The notes beneath the pieces were generated by a model. It saw nothing but the letters and a program-made list of their open reading frames with translations. It was not told where the DNA came from and did not search any database. From the NCBI GenBank assembly GCA_019828565.1, contig JAHDYR010000003.1, forward strand, positions 681,409-745,408: a DNA stretch of 64,000 bases, in the 5' to 3' direction. Source of the DNA: Carpediemonas membranifera BICM. Its lineage: Eukaryota; Protista; Fornicata. Position 1 is the first letter of the stretch; each line of letters starts with the position of its first letter. The translations under genes were made by a program, and so were the position numbers. Shown piece by piece: positions 54,589-64,000 of this stretch.

Positions 54589-56725
54589 CTAATCAACCTC
54601 CTCGAGGTCCTCGTCCTCGGCGACCTCTTCAACGGGGGCCTCGACGGGGGCGGCGACCTCAGTCTCATCGACACCGAGGCCGATGGAGACGATGTTGTAG
54701 ATGCGGCTGACGAAGGAGTTGGGGTCGTCGAGGGTGAAGCCGGAGTTGAGCATGGCGGTGTCGAACATGAGCCACACGAGGTCCTTGGCCGTGGCCGAGT
54801 CCTCGCCCTCCTCCTCGATCTTCTGGCGGAGGTTCTGGATGATGGCGTGGCCGGGGTTGATCTCGAGGGTCTTGCGGCCGCTCATGTACTGCATCATGGT
54901 GTTGTCACGGAGCGCCTGGGCCTTGACGATACGCTCGAGGTTGGCGGACCAGCCGTGCTCGCCGGTGACGAGGATGCAGGGGGAGTTGACCAGGCGGGAG
55001 CTGCCGAGAACAACCTTCTCGACCTTGTCGCCGAGAACGTTCTTCATGACGGTGCAGAGCTGGGCGAAGGCGGCCTTGTCCTCCTCGGCCTTCTTCTTCT
55101 CGTCCTCAGTCTGCTCGAGCTCGAGGCCCTCCTTGGTGACGCAGACGAGCTTCTTGCCCTCGTACTCCTTGAGAGCGGTGACGCAGTACTCGTCGATGGG
55201 GTCGACGAGGAAGAGAACCTCGAAGTCCTTCTGGCGCAGGGCCTCAAGGAAGGGGGAGTTCTCGACGGCCTTCTGGCTCTCGCCGGTGATGTAGTAGATG
55301 CTCTTCTGGCCCTCCTTCATGCGGGTGATGTAGTCGTCGAGGGAGGTGCGGTCGTCGGTCGACTTGGTCGAGGTGTAGCGGAGGAGCTTGGCGAGCTTGT
55401 CGCGGTTGGCGGAGTCCTCGTGGACGCCGAGGGAGATCTGCTTGTTGAACTGCTCGTAGAAGGTCTTGTACTTCTCGGCGTCCTCGGAGATGTCGGTGAA
55501 CATCTCGATGGCGCGCTTGACGAGGTTCTTGCGGATGACCTTGAGGACGGTGTTGCGCTGGAGCATCTCACGGGAGATGTTGAGGGGCAGGTCCTCGGAG
55601 TCGACGACGCCCTTGACGAAGCCGAGCCACTCGGGGATGAGGTCCTCGCAGTTGTCCATGATGAAGACGCGGCGCACGAACAGCTTGATGTTGTTCTTCT
55701 TCTTGTTCTGCTCGAACATGTCGAAGGGGGCGCGCTTGGGGATGTAGAGGAGGGACTTGAACTCAAGCTGGCCCTCGACAGAGAAGTGCTTGTGGTAGAG
55801 GGGCTCCTCCCAGTCGTTCGAGAGGGACTTGTAGAACTCGGTGTACTCCTCCTCGGTGACGTCGGCGGGGGCGCGGGTCCAGATGGCCTGCTGGGTGTTG
55901 ACGTGCTCGAACTCCTGGACGGTCTCCTTGACCTTCTTGGTCTTCTTCTCCTTCTTCTCCTCGTCGACCTCCTCGATCTTAGGCTTGTCCTCGTCCTCCT
56001 CGGCCTCAACCTCCTCGACCTTGGACTCGGCCTCGTCGTCGGTGACCTCCTTCTCCTCTTCCTTCGTGACGAAGAGGCTGATGGGGTAGGAGACGAACTG
56101 GGAGTGGGTGTTGATGAGGCCCTTGATCTTGGCCTCGTCGAGGTACTCGAGCTGGTCCTCCTTCATGTGGAGGACGAGGCGGGTACCGCGGCCAAGGGTG
56201 TCCTCGGACTCGGTGATGGTGAACTCACCGCCGGCAGAGGACTCCCAGGTGTGGCAGGCGTCGTCGTTGTGCTTGGAGGTGACAGTGACGCTGTCGGCGA
56301 CGAGGAAGGCAGAGTAGAAGCCGACACCGAACTGGCCGATGAGGGAGAGGTCGCTGGCGCCGCTCTGGATAGCCTCCATGAACTGCTTGGTGCCAGACTT
56401 GGCGATGGTGCCAAGGTTGTTGATGAGATCGGCCTTGGTCATGCCAACACCGGAATCCTCGATGGTGAGGGTCTTGGCCTCCTTGTCGGGGATGATCTTG
56501 ATCTCCATCTCCTTCTTGGACTCGAGAGCGGAGGAATCAGTCAGAGACTGGTAGCGGATCTTGTCAAGAGCATCAGAAGCGTTGGAAACGAGCTCGCGAA
56601 GGAAGACATCCTTGTTTGAGTAGAAAGTGTTGATGATCAGAGAGAGAAGCTGTGTAAAGGGGAAATGAAGCTCAAATGCAACATACCTGGTTGATCTCAG
56701 CCTGGAACTGGAAGGTTTCGGACAT
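54589..56725 (-). CDS. HSP90: Cytosolic HSP90, 2 exons (intron 56650-56686)
   Basis: [13 protein letters not shown]|[23 protein letters not shown] and C-terminal LEEVD; 37-nt GTATGT...ACAG intron. Confidence 0.98.
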
Positions 56726-57324
56726 ACAGACGTATACAGACAAACTGTTTTGGCGCGGCGAATCAATCCGATCAAAACACCCCAAATTGATTGGACAGAT
56801 TGATCTGTGGAACCTGTCGTCTATGAGCGGTGCAGGGGCAGAACACGTCGAGTACTTGCAAAGTGTTGATAATCGCTCGGGCTGCTCGAATAGATTTGAT
56901 AGATGTCGGGGTTGAGATTCATCAGTGCAAGCTGAACGCAGATTTTTGGCCGACCAGTAGCAGTAGTAACGTGCACAGTGCTCTCCGGTGCGTTCTTGTC
57001 GGTAGTCAAAACCCTCTTTTCCATCACTTAATCAGCCGACCAACATGGCAAGCTGAGCTAGCATAGCCAGCGTCTGACCCGATGGCCGGTGTCACAGGAT
57101 AAGAATGATTAAATGGTGACCACCCACCCCGGCAGAGGCATTGTTGACCGGCAGAGGCATTGCCATCAGCAAAGACAACGGCAATGTCAAAACTTGAGCC
57201 GGTGGATTTCCCAGCTACTCGGAGACTGCGGGTCGTAGCGAGACTTGGAGCCCGCCATCGACGCGATCTCCTTGAGGAAGTCGAGTGACAGTCAGCCGAA
57301 AAATGTGCCAAAAACTGCACCATC

Positions 57325-58838
57325 ATGAACAAGGCGCAGAACGGACTGGATTTGCTCTCTCAGGCATATTCATGCTACAGAAGACACAAATTTGACGATG
57401 CTGTGGAGATTTGTACCACGCTTTTGGCCAAAAACAGCCTTGATCAGGCTGCTTTCGTGCTCAAATGCCGTGCAGCCAATGCTATGGTCGCTGTAGACCG
57501 CACTGGTTCGTGGAACATGCTATCTTTCACCCAGATATTGACGAGGAAGTTGCTGGAGACACGCTACTTGATCGAAACGCGGCCACGACGACAGCTCGAG
57601 TTGGCACGACGTACCGACGCACATCTACTGCCGCCAGACCCGTGACCAAGTCAGGCCGACCTGTTACCGGTTTTATGCGGCCTGGAACGCAGAATCGCAT
57701 GGCCTCTGGCCGCCGCCAACAGATGAAGACCGCGACAGCCAGGGCCGGCACGGCGAGGCCGGTCACATCGGGCGGAAGGGTCCTTAGGCTTGGCACGGCG
57801 TCACTCGCGACACTGCAGAGGGAAGGGCAGATCGAGCTGGGGTCGATTGACCCGCACTCGTACGCCTCGAAGCCCTATGGCCGGATTCTGGCCGACTATC
57901 TCATAGACGTGTCCGGGGAGACGTCAAGGGCCACGGAGCTGGCTAGCACTGCTCTTGGACTGAAGGAGGACGATGTATTCTGGTGCCACCGCCACGCCCG
58001 CGCCCTGTACAACCTCGGGCTTCTCCAAGAGGCCGAGACGGCGTACAAGCGCGTGCTGCAGCTTGCCCCGTCCGTGTCAGTCTTCATGGAGGCAGCCCGC
58101 ATCCCAGTCCGCCGTGACCAGCCGCTGGCGGCCAAGGAGCTGTACGACCGGGGCCTGGCGGTGTTCCCGGGGTCCCCCTCCCTCATCCTGGGCAAGGCCA
58201 GGGTCGAGGACACACTCGGGAACGAGGCGGAGGCGGAGAAGCTGTTCAAGGCCGTGATCCGGGCCGACCCCACCAACCTCGAGGCGATCGCGTCGTACGG
58301 GGCAAACGCCTTCTACTCCTCCCGGTACGAGCTCGCCCTGCAGCTGTTCACCCGGCTTGTGCACATGGACGCTGCTGTTCCGGCGGTCTGGAATAATCTG
58401 GCCCTCTGCTACCACCACATCTGCCAGCCCGACCTCGCCCTGCAGGCCCTGCAGCGGGCACTGCTCGGGGCCGACTCGGACGCCACGGCTGCCGTCTGGT
58501 ACAACACGGCGCTGGTCGCACTGGCCCTGGGCGAGCATGCCTTGGCCAGGGACGCGCTACACTGCACGCTGCAGACGGACCCAGCGCATACCGCCGCCCT
58601 AAACTGCCTGGGCGTCCTCGAGCTGCAGCAGGGTAACGATGAGGCGGCTCGGCAGGCGTATATGGCCGCCAGTGAAGGAGACGGGTTCGAGCCGCACCTG
58701 AACCAGGCCCTGCTGGCGTACAAGACGGGCAGGGTGGAGAAGGCGTTTGAACTCGTCAAGGGTGTGTTGGAGGATGTGCCCGGTGAGGAGCAGGCGACCC
58801 AGCTGGAGGCCCGCATCAAAGAGGATTTCCTTCTGTAG
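57325..58838 (+). CDS. BBS8: BBSome subunit BBS8/TTC8, 2 exons (intron 57506-57534)
   Basis: RPVTKSGRPVTGFMRPGT and ARPVTSGGRVLRLGTAS motifs, TPR repeats; 29-nt gttcgt...cag intron. Confidence 0.95.
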
Positions 58839-58944
58839 GGGTAAATAGTGAGAGGAGCAGTGCGATGTTTTATCTCGTATGGCTCCGTCCATTTGCGTCA
58901 GAGAAGGCCGCGTCAAGCCGGCCATTTGACGAGTTCAATGAGCA

Positions 58945-60018
58945 ATGGAGGGCGAGACGATCGAAACGATCCAGTTTGGCGATAACGTCATCATATACGA
59001 GGGCGTGAACCGAGTATTCGTTCATAAGATCGTAGAGCATGAGCGGTACGACAGCAAGTTCGGCACCTTCTACAACTGCGATTTCGTCGGGAAACGCTAC
59101 GGCCAGCCGATCTTCGACAACAAGGACCGCAACCACATCTACGCGTTGAAGTTTAACTCACTTTTGTGGACTCTTGCGCTTGAGAAGCGCACGCAGGTGC
59201 TATATCTGCCAGACATTGCCCATATCATCGCACAGCTCAACATCCGTGCCGGTGATACAGTCGTGGAGGCTGGAACGGGTTCAGGCTCCCTCTCGCATGC
59301 ACTTGCCGAGGCTGTCGGCCCCACTGGCCGTCTCGTCACCTTTGAGTTTCACGAGGTTCGTGCCGCCGCGGCAAAGGAAGAATTCGCCGACCATGGTCTT
59401 AAGAACGTCACCAGCCTACACAGAGACGTCTTAACCGGCTTCCACGTTGACGACGCGGCTGTGGTGTGCGACGCTCTCTTCCTGGACGTACCCGCGCCAT
59501 GGAGTGTGATCGAACATGTCGCCGAATCTCTCAGGCCGGGCAAGATGTTCTGCTCGTTCTCCCCATGCATCGAACAGGTCCAGCGCACCGTTGCTGCGGC
59601 TGCGAAGGCTGGGTTCACCGACATTGTAACTCACACCGTCGACGTCATCTCATACGACAGACGGTCCCGGCCTGTCTTCGACATCGTCACCCAGACCATC
59701 AACCAGCTCCAGACAGGCGGCAAGATTGTCGAGAGCCGGCTTGCCAAGCGTGATGATGAGGAATCGAAGGCGAAGGCTGCGGAGGTCGCCGAGTCGCGGG
59801 AGCGGGCCATCGCGGCAATGGAGCAGCTGATACCTGTGCTTCCCCGCGGTGTGACGTCGCAGTGCATCCCCATGAAGGAGCAGCAGACACACAAAGGCTA
59901 CCTCAGCTTCATGCGGGCCCCTATCCCCTTTGAGGGGGTGGAGATCGACGTTGAGGTCACCACGTTCATGAAAGGCGGGAAGCGCAAGGGCAGGGGCCGG
60001 GGGCGGGGGAAGAGGTAA
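58945..60018 (+). CDS. TRM61: tRNA m1A58 methyltransferase catalytic subunit
   Basis: LWTLALEKRTQVLY, VEAGTGSGSLS, FEFHEVR, FLDVPAPW and FSPCIEQV motifs. Confidence 0.95.
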   Translation: MEGETIETIQFGDNVIIYEGVNRVFVHKIVEHERYDSKFGTFYNCDFVGKRYGQPIFDNKDRNHIYALKFNSLLWTLALEKRTQVLYLPDIAHIIAQLNIRAGDTVVEAGTGSGSLSHALAEAVGPTGRLVTFEFHEVRAAAAKEEFADHGLKNVTSLHRDVLTGFHVDDAAVVCDALFLDVPAPWSVIEHVAESLRPGKMFCSFSPCIEQVQRTVAAAAKAGFTDIVTHTVDVISYDRRSRPVFDIVTQTINQLQTGGKIVESRLAKRDDEESKAKAAEVAESRERAIAAMEQLIPVLPRGVTSQCIPMKEQQTHKGYLSFMRAPIPFEGVEIDVEVTTFMKGGKRKGRGRGRGKR

Positions 60019-61067
60019 AGACTCGCGGATCATATGGTGGATGGTAAAGGGGTGGGTCCTGGCAGGCACGTCTGCTGGGGCGGTGTGCGGCAGTGACAGG
60101 CCTGGGCAGTCGATGAGGAGATGGAGGGGGACTAAATGATTGCAATGGCATCGGTATCGTTATTAGACAATTTGCAGAGCGGTCGCTAGTGGTCGACCTG
60201 ACTTGTCACCCCGAGTTCAACCACTCAAAATGGTGCGTGCATGCTTTTGAGTCCATGCTGTAGCGATACCAGCCAGCAGGTTGGCGACATGTTCACCCGA
60301 TTTGAAATCCTATCGACTGCGGGTCCGAAGCTGAACGATGCTCTCACCTCGACTACTATCATCGAATCGCTGCCGCTCTGCCATAAAGCTTGTATAGCCC
60401 TCTAACATCTGGATCCGGGCCATTACCAGCGGGCGCACACTGGAAGTATGTGTTTGGAGTCGGCCCAAACTTCGATTTCGACCGACATCGAACTTGACGA
60501 ATAGAGGTCGGAGAGGGCTGAAACTCACACCATTACATCAAAATAGAAGCTCATACAGGATGGCTGACCCATCTTTATTTTTTAACCTGCCCACCTCGTT
60601 CGGCCGGACGCCGAGTTCACGGCGAAGGTACCGGTGGCCCGCAGGAACCAGCAGCGGCGGGCCATGAGAGAGCAGCTGGTGCGATAGGAAGAGTACATCA
60701 GACGCTGTTCAGATCATCGTCGTGGTCATCAGCAAGAAGCGGAGGGCCTCCGCTAGCCAGGACAGCCGGCCGCAGTTAAGCCGGCCTCGCCAGTAGTGAA
60801 TGCCGAATAGGCGCATGCCAGCCCTCATGACAGTCCAATAGCGGGATTATGATAATGTTTGTTGACCGGATTGCGGGAAGCATGATGAGGGCGTGATCTG
60901 GCTGGGTTCGCAGGATCGGCAATTAATCCACGTCTATCCGAGCTTGACGTATGCACCAAGGCGTGTTGCCCCCTGGGTTGCGATAGTATCCGGGGTGGGT
61001 TCGGCTTGACTCGCAGACTCGGCGACAGAGATAGCGGACGAAGCCTTTCTTCGAACATAAGCGGATA

Positions 61068-62102
61068 ATGGCTGATTCCTCCGACCCATTCATGCAATCA
61101 AACCCCTTTTATGACCATGTCGAGCTCGATACATACGATCCCTTCGCTCAGGCGAAGAAGACTACAGAAACAGCAACACCACCAAAGACGATGCCGAGAA
61201 TGGTGAAAGAAGCACCAAAAATACCAGCACCAGCAACACAGAAGCCAAGACCAGCGGAAACGAAGGCCTCTAAGATTCCCGTGGCGCCCGAAGCACCCGT
61301 CGCAGACTTCGAGGCCCCTTATGGTGGGAACCCCGGCGACCGCGAGAAAGAACTACAAAAGCGCGAGGCCAACCTCGCTGCCCGCGAGCGTGCATTGGAA
61401 CAGCGGGAGAAGTCACTCGGCGGGGGCAACGGCAAGTCGCTCTCGGACGCCCCGAACTTCCCCCCGTTCCTGCCTTTCATCCACCACGACCTGCTCCACG
61501 ACTTCGACAACTGGTTCCACCGCATCGTTCTGATCTCCGCCATCGGAGTGCAGGTCGCTGTGCTCCTCGCGACTTTTGCCAACATGGTCATCCTGATATG
61601 GGCGGGGATCATCGCCATCTTCTACACTGTCCACACCGTGTTCTACAACTACATCTTCCACATGCTCCTGGGCGTCGTGCTCCACATCGTCGTCACCCCC
61701 GCCCTCTTCATCCTGCAGTATAAGCCCCTCTACTCCGCCCTCAGGTACGGCCGCGGCACCTTCCTCATCTACAGCGCCGCCATCAGCATCGTGCTGCAGT
61801 TGCTCTGTCTCGTTGCATGCCTTGGCCTCGTAACAACCGGCACTGCTCTGCTCTACGACTTCTGGGACTGCACCACCGTCTTCTGGCCCAACCTAGTCAT
61901 GACGGTCGTATGGTGGACGCTCAGCTGCTGCTTCCTTGCTCAGGCCATCCTCGTCGCCGTCGTCTTTGTCCACCACTACAAGGTCATCCCCATTATCCAG
62001 AGGCTGTGGAAGAGCCCCGTCGCCCGCACTGCCGCAAAGACAGCCACAAAGCAGGCCGCGTCGTCGCTGAAGAGCAGTAAGCCACAGAGGAACACTGTGT
62101 GA
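61068..62102 (+). CDS. SCAMP: Secretory carrier membrane protein
   Basis: N-terminal NPF, ELQKREANL, PNFPPFLPFIHHD, four TM segments and YKPLYSALR. Confidence 0.88.
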   Translation: MADSSDPFMQSNPFYDHVELDTYDPFAQAKKTTETATPPKTMPRMVKEAPKIPAPATQKPRPAETKASKIPVAPEAPVADFEAPYGGNPGDREKELQKREANLAARERALEQREKSLGGGNGKSLSDAPNFPPFLPFIHHDLLHDFDNWFHRIVLISAIGVQVAVLLATFANMVILIWAGIIAIFYTVHTVFYNYIFHMLLGVVLHIVVTPALFILQYKPLYSALRYGRGTFLIYSAAISIVLQLLCLVACLGLVTTGTALLYDFWDCTTVFWPNLVMTVVWWTLSCCFLAQAILVAVVFVHHYKVIPIIQRLWKSPVARTAAKTATKQAASSLKSSKPQRNTV

Positions 62103-62196
62103 GTCAAATTTCCCGTAAATAGTAGATTTAGGCCGATTTTGTGTTTCTGGGATTCATGTGAACTGGATGGATGCAGATAGTGTGCGAATCTCGAAG

Positions 62197-62272
62197 GTGG
62201 CACTCCATTGATTATCATCTGTTGAACTGAAGTATCATAGAGTGCACAGTGCAAGCACTGCGTCTCTCCACT
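62197..62272 (-). ncRNA. Candidate omegaRNA scaffold (copy C)
   Basis: gcagtg-cttg-cactgt hairpin followed by the stem gcactctatgat...atcaatggagtgc ending in cac; same layout as family 1. Confidence 0.5.
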
Positions 62273-63324
62273 TCAATTAGCTTGCCCGGAGGCGAAGACT
62301 AGCGGCTGGTTAGCCGTAATTGGTGTATTGGGGTTATAGTTGGGAAGACGGGCTGGAGGTCTTGGATTTCTGAAAGCACTGGCTTGATACTGTGCATCCG
62401 TCATGAGGCCGCAATCCAAGATGTTCTGTGCAGCAGTCTTGTCTCTGTGGGAGAGATTGAGCCAAGTGGTGGTAGTAGGATCGGAATTGAGGCGTTGCTT
62501 GTAGCTCTGGATCCGTTAAATCTCGAATGAACTACTTTAACCTGCGGGGCAGACCCAGCGATAAATATCACACTGCACCGCCTTCCCGTGGCTGACCTGC
62601 GGTCAAGTAGAAATCTAACGATATCGTCATTTTGCACTTTAACCGCGATCTGGCGAGCGATGGGCGTTTGGCAAGACCTCGGTCATGCATAATCAACAGC
62701 ACGTGGGCGGGCGTTATCACCGATTTGGGCATCGCGGGCGCGCCACTGAGCACCACGGCACTGTGGATTTTCGCAGAGCATAACACGATGTGGGTGAACG
62801 TGCTGGTCATCACGCGGACGAACTCGCTTGTAGGTGGCGTGGCAGTGAGGGCAGACGACGGTGGTGCGATCCTCGTTAACCATGTTAAGATCGACGACAA
62901 TGTTATACCTCTTGAGAAGGGGAACTATCTCTCTCGCGAACTTTCGATATGGCGCGCAAGGAATGAACATACCAGCAGGCGTGGTGAATCCCGAGCTCCC
63001 GTAGAAGACTTTCAGGCGAATGGGGGTGGCGATGGGATGGTGGCGACGTGTGAGCGATTGTGATGTTGCAGCTGTGCTGACGTCCACGAAGAAGACGCTT
63101 TGTGGAAGCCCTGGAGAAGACGATCTCCCTACCGACTTTAGACGTGAGTAGGAGGGAGACAGGGCAGTGTTGCGCAGTATAAACACATTGTTTGACCCTT
63201 CAATAGCACAAGATGATTTACCTTAAAGTGCGAAGTCGCAAACTTTGCGGGAGGGACACCTGCCGTTGCGTTTCGAAGTGTGTCACAACCTTCACATTGA
63301 TCGGTTTGACCCTTCAATAGCACA
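62197..63324 (-). mobile_element. Fanzor element copy C: second, diverged family, deleted and degenerate
   Basis: VFYGSSGF...CAPYRKFAREI...VNEDRTTVVCPHC...CENPQC and, in another frame, WLNLSHRDKTAAQNILDC (stop at 62273); left-end-like tgtgctattgaagggt at 63324 and 63210; boundaries are approximate. Confidence 0.8.
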
Positions 63325-63429
63325 GCTTCGCGTTGGCTAAAGTGCGAAACACAGGGTTTGGTTAAACTGCATACGGGCTGGATGACCGCATCCTTGCCAA
63401 TAACAGTGAAGGAAGAAGGTGTATCACAG

Positions 63430-64000
63430 ATGAAAACTCGAAATTCACTTCGTCAAAGCTCACAGCCTCCGACGGAAGCGTCACAAAATTCTCGAGCGAT
63501 TGGCGGGAAATGTTCGTTTTGCGCTCATTCTTGAGCATCATCTTGATCAATATTCTCACACAGCATCCGCGTCAAACCTCGGGCAGATCTCTCGTCGCTT
63601 TGTAGAGATCCTGAGCAGCTCCCCCGAGCCACTCGACATTGCAGCCATCGCCAACAGCCTCGACATCAAGCAGCGCCGGATATACGACATCACGAACGTC
63701 CTCGAGGGGTGTGGGTTTATTAAGAAGGAGGGGAAGAAGCGGTTGAAGTGGTGCGGCCCGGGGGCCTCCGCGATCGACCCATCAACCAGCGAGCTCGCCT
63801 CGGAGCTCAAGGCGATAGAGATGGACATAGCGCGTGCGAAGAACGATCTCCGCATGTTCTCTGAGTCCTTGCCATCCGAGGTCAGCCTCTGTGTCTCGCA
63901 GCAGGACGTGATCAGCTCAGCGACGGCCCTGTCCAACCGGACCAAGCCCAACTTCGAGGCAGCACCGCTTCTGATCGCAGCCACCCCTGTGAATGGCTCA
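63430..64000 (+). CDS. E2F: E2F transcription factor, partial; intron 63512-63563
   Basis: NLGQISRRFVEIL...QRRIYDITNVLEGCGFIKKEGK...KW winged helix; exon 1 from ATG 63430 joins in frame via gttcgt...ctcacacag. Confidence 0.9.

Noticed and set aside
54487-56619. 710-aa ORF antisense to HSP90
   Set aside because: Shadow ORF expected from strong codon bias on the HSP90 strand; no independent motifs.
56726-56775. HSP90 start at 56775 as given in the ORF track
   Set aside because: That frame reads through the 37-nt intron; the conserved start [13 protein letters not shown] begins at 56725.
60020-61060. Unusually long intergenic region, possible RNA gene
   Set aside because: No tRNA cloverleaf, rRNA or snRNA signature recognised by eye.

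Overview
Compact, gene-dense eukaryotic (protist) DNA, not prokaryotic. Evidence: 28-52 nt spliceosomal introns (GTTYGT/GTATGT...CAG), very short intergenic spacers, GTAAA-type motifs at or near stop codons, and flagellar and endomembrane genes. The style fits a free-living fornicate metamonad such as Carpediemonas, but this is inference. Host genes include CFAP161-, CFAP157-, NPHP4- and ERICH3-like proteins, WD40, ankyrin, FHA and RCC1-repeat proteins, an ADP-dependent sugar kinase, fused CoaBC, a Vti1-like SNARE, OSTC, TVP38, BLOS2, mevalonate kinase, a PACT-like giant coiled coil, MO25, SBDS, PMI, HSP90, BBS8, TRM61, SCAMP and E2F. The main result is a Fanzor (eukaryotic TnpB-like RNA-guided nuclease) system present three times. 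Copy B (40916-43402, +) is near full length with all three RuvC catalytic motifs. Copy A (3407-4369, -) is an internally deleted copy of the same family. Copy C (about 62197-63324, -) is a diverged second family. Each ends in a structured 3' non-coding segment (candidate omegaRNA) followed by a different flank (candidate guide). A and B share a TATGTCA-N7 motif before the left end and have 5-7 bp target duplications. No transposase is visible in any copy. The window also holds a very compact (4029 bp) chromodomain Ty3/gypsy element with identical 82-bp LTRs and no tRNA-type PBS. Frameshifts in the repeated elements may be assembly indels.
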